Shown here: one piece after another, positions 61,977 to 64,000 of the stretch | How the letters are laid out: every line of letters starts with the position of its first letter | How positions within the stretch are numbered: position 1 is the stretch's first letter | Notes under the pieces: model-generated | Database searches by the model: none | Told to the model about the DNA's origin: nothing | The model's input: the letters and a program-made list of their open reading frames with translations, nothing else | Translations under genes and position numbers: made by a program | Origin: a bacterium | GTDB taxonomy: Bacteria > Verrucomicrobiota > Verrucomicrobiia > Limisphaerales > UBA11358 | Reading direction: 5' to 3' | Length of the DNA stretch: 64,000 bases | Assembly (NCBI GenBank): GCA_021780375.1 | Contig: JAJXYT010000127.1 | Span: forward strand, 9,524 to 73,523

Positions 61977-63347
61977 TTATGGCCGCCAGATGTCCGTTTT
62001 GATGGATGATTCGATGGTGCGTCTTTGGGCGTCGAGCGTGTCCAATTTGGACAACGTGTCGCGCGCGCTGGCTCTTGGCGGTCCGGCCAATGGGTGCTTG
62101 CCGAAAGGGAACGCGGGCACCGTTTCCCGGCTTGGGCCCAGGTAATCAGCCAGGGCGGTGCGATAACCGGCCGTCAGGGCAGCCAGGGGCCGGGCCATGC
62201 GGAATTGTGCCAGTTCCAGGTCGCGTAATTTGGTCTGGAGAATCGCCATCTGCCGCGCGGAATCGAAGTTGCGAATTACGGCCTGAAGCGAAACTTCCGC
62301 ATGCACTGGCAGGGCGTTCGATGCCATGCGGAAGTCCACCGGCACGTTGAGAATCTGGTCGAGCTTTTTGCGGCTGGTTTCCGGCGTCCACGTCGGACCG
62401 GGATCGCGTGCGACAAAGCCGATCACCTGCAACGCCCACCATTTTTCCACATCCAACGGCCGGGCAAAATCGCTGTGAAAGGCGTTTTGAAAAGCGGTTT
62501 GCCAGTTGAAAAAATCGGGCGAGGCCTGCAACATCGCGCGCAAGTGCGCCGGGCCGTTTCTCAGTTTCAGCAGGTCAGTGACAAACAGCTGCGCGCTGGC
62601 GTGATACACACCGCCATCGGCGCCGGAGACCTGCGCCTCCGTCGGCCAGCTTAATTGCTCAAACGTGAGCACGGGATGATCACGCAACACGTCCCGCGCA
62701 TCGGCAAGCGGGTCAAGGCCGCGTTCGGTCGCGCTCATCCGGCTTTCCATCAGGCCGTTCGCGGTCCGGCCGGGCGAGGACAGGACAACTTCGACCGCGC
62801 CCGTCGCCAGCAACTGCTGGGACAGGCCATCGGTCAGCCAGGCGGGGATTTCCGCCGATTGCGCACCGGCGTTGCGATTGGCGAATTCCAGCAACACCAC
62901 GCTGGTCAGGGCGCGCACGAAACGGAGGCGGGGCAGGACATCCGGCAGGACAACATGATAATTCCAGCCATCCACAAACCGTTCCGAAAAGATGGTGACA
63001 TTTTCGTCCAGCGACCGGGCCGGGTGCAGCGTGAGAAAAATCTTCCCGTGCCACGGTGTTGCCGGATTAATGCCGAGCTGGCGCCACAAGATTCGTTTGA
63101 TTCGTTCGGCGGACACGGCCAGCACCGCCGGTTCCAGCCGGACGAAACCGGCGTTGGTCACCGTCGCGGCCAGGGGCGATACGCGAGAGCCGGGCCCGGC
63201 ATCGGTGATCACAAATTGGCCGGAAACACTGCGCGTTAAATTCACATTCGGCCACGAGAGTTGAGCGGGGGCGTTCCCGCAGAAAACGCCGAACAGAGCA
63301 GCGGCGCAACCCAGGCCGCGCAGGCAACGCTTCCAGGACATGATCAA
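61977..63347 (-). CDS. Secreted hypothetical protein
   Basis: 456-aa ORF with a signal peptide (LGCAAALFGVFCGNAPAQ). No family was recognised. An ATGA overlap joins it to the upstream zinc-ribbon gene. Confidence 0.6.
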   Translation of the reverse strand: MIMSWKRCLRGLGCAAALFGVFCGNAPAQLSWPNVNLTRSVSGQFVITDAGPGSRVSPLAATVTNAGFVRLEPAVLAVSAERIKRILWRQLGINPATPWHGKIFLTLHPARSLDENVTIFSERFVDGWNYHVVLPDVLPRLRFVRALTSVVLLEFANRNAGAQSAEIPAWLTDGLSQQLLATGAVEVVLSSPGRTANGLMESRMSATERGLDPLADARDVLRDHPVLTFEQLSWPTEAQVSGADGGVYHASAQLFVTDLLKLRNGPAHLRAMLQASPDFFNWQTAFQNAFHSDFARPLDVEKWWALQVIGFVARDPGPTWTPETSRKKLDQILNVPVDFRMASNALPVHAEVSLQAVIRNFDSARQMAILQTKLRDLELAQFRMARPLAALTAGYRTALADYLGPSRETVPAFPFGKHPLAGPPRASARDTLSKLDTLDAQRRTIESSIKTDIWRP

Positions 63348-63673
63348 GCTTTGGCCGATGTCGGCCTGGCGGGTTTGCTTTCCGGCCTGGCGGCAGGTTT
63401 GGCGTCACCGCCGGCCGGTTTGGCCGGCGTGGAATCTTTTTTCGCCGCCTGTTTATAGCCCTCGCTACGGTAGTCGGTAATATAAAAACCACTGCCTTTG
63501 AACAAGAGCCCTGCGCCGGCGCTGATTTTGCGTTTGACCCGGCCCCGGCCCCATTCTTTTTGCGGGCAGAGGTTCTCCGGACAGACTTTCAACGGCTGGG
63601 CGGAAATAGATTGAAACGTCTCGAACTCACACCCGCATTTTCGGCAGAGGTATTCGTACGTCGGCATGGGCAA
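63344..63673 (-). CDS. FmdB-family zinc-ribbon protein with a Lys/Ala/Pro-rich tail
   Basis: MPTYEYLCRKCGCEFETFQSISAQPLKVCPENLCPQ... matches the zinc-ribbon family. Confidence 0.75.
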   Translation of the reverse strand: MPMPTYEYLCRKCGCEFETFQSISAQPLKVCPENLCPQKEWGRGRVKRKISAGAGLLFKGSGFYITDYRSEGYKQAAKKDSTPAKPAGGDAKPAARPESKPARPTSAKA

Positions 63674-63700
63674 TCAATAAGCGACCCGTTTCGGAGCGCC

Positions 63701-64000
63701 TTACGGTGACGACACATTGGTCGTCGCCGGCGCGTTGGTCATGGTCGGAACCACCTGCACCGAGCCATCCGAACCGACTTCGACGTTCAAGTCGTAGTGC
63801 GCCGGTCCGACCATCCGGTTGGTCACGGATCCACGCGCCATGAGCAACTGGCCTCCTTTGCGTTGCTGGCTGGGATCGGTCCCTTCGCGCATCCATTGCA
63901 ACCGGCGCGCAATGAGCAAGTCGTCCCGCAATTTCCTCACCTGGGTGCGGACCTGGGTCAAATTGTTAAACTTGCGTTCCAGCTCGGCCTTTTGAGCCAC
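63701..64000 (-). CDS. Hypothetical protein, C-terminal part only (gene runs off the right edge)
   Basis: The open frame ends at 63701. A coiled-coil-like segment (AELERKFNNLTQVRTQVRKLRDDLLIARRLQW) is present. No family was recognised. Confidence 0.4.
   Translation of the reverse strand: MAQKAELERKFNNLTQVRTQVRKLRDDLLIARRLQWMREGTDPSQQRKGGQLLMARGSVTNRMVGPAHYDLNVEVGSDGSVQVVPTMTNAPATTNVSSP

Overview
GC-rich chromosomal segment whose gene content points to a PVC-superphylum bacterium, most likely Verrucomicrobiota-like. The basis is Gloeo_Verruco (GloVer) repeats, DUF1559-type prepilin proteins with an H-X9-DG-like tail, an autotransporter-associated beta-strand-repeat giant protein, and a Planctomycetes/Verrucomicrobia-type microcompartment locus. 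All calls come from reading the sequence and the ORF translations; no database search or HMM was run, and start codons are best guesses. Layout: (1) 1-18.6 kb holds a minus-strand glycan-degradation and surface-protein cluster: GH2, SGNH esterase, GloVer-repeat protein, pseudopilin, a 1626-aa beta-strand-repeat protein and a GH43-CBM6-GH30 enzyme. ROK and AraC regulators follow it, and a recurring palindrome ATACGAC-N4-GTCGTAT sits upstream of its transcription units. (2) 19.06-30.69 kb is an ~11.5-kb segment bounded by a perfect 24-bp direct repeat of the 3' end of an intact tRNA-Thr(CGU). It carries a complete aldolase/aldehyde-dehydrogenase/PduL/acetate-kinase bacterial microcompartment (BMC) locus with 3 BMC-H, 3 BMC-P and 1 PduT-like BMC-T, a DeoR regulator and an RnfC/PduS-like Fe-S protein. 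It also carries decayed mobile-element debris: IS1634/IS630 fragments, alpA, a 12-bp-periodic TGTCCC iteron array, and an RHH antitoxin with a truncated PIN toxin. (3) 30.8-56.4 kb is mostly housekeeping: ada/ogt-like, bioB, lepB, leuA, GH31, lysC, thrC, hom, SulP, gmhA, nth and a lipoate ligase-like gene. Two more prepilin-type genes (one frameshifted), an EEP-family secreted protein and several families of intergenic hairpin repeats are interspersed. (4) 56.5-60.5 kb is a three-gene envelope module of unknown function: lipoprotein, 777-aa EF-hand-loop membrane protein, DUF4337-like protein. (5) 60.6-64 kb holds a KamA-family radical SAM enzyme, a secreted hypothetical, an FmdB zinc-ribbon protein and a partial gene. 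No rRNA and no CRISPR array were seen. Many long ORFs in the supplied track are antisense shadows of real genes in GC-rich DNA and were not called.
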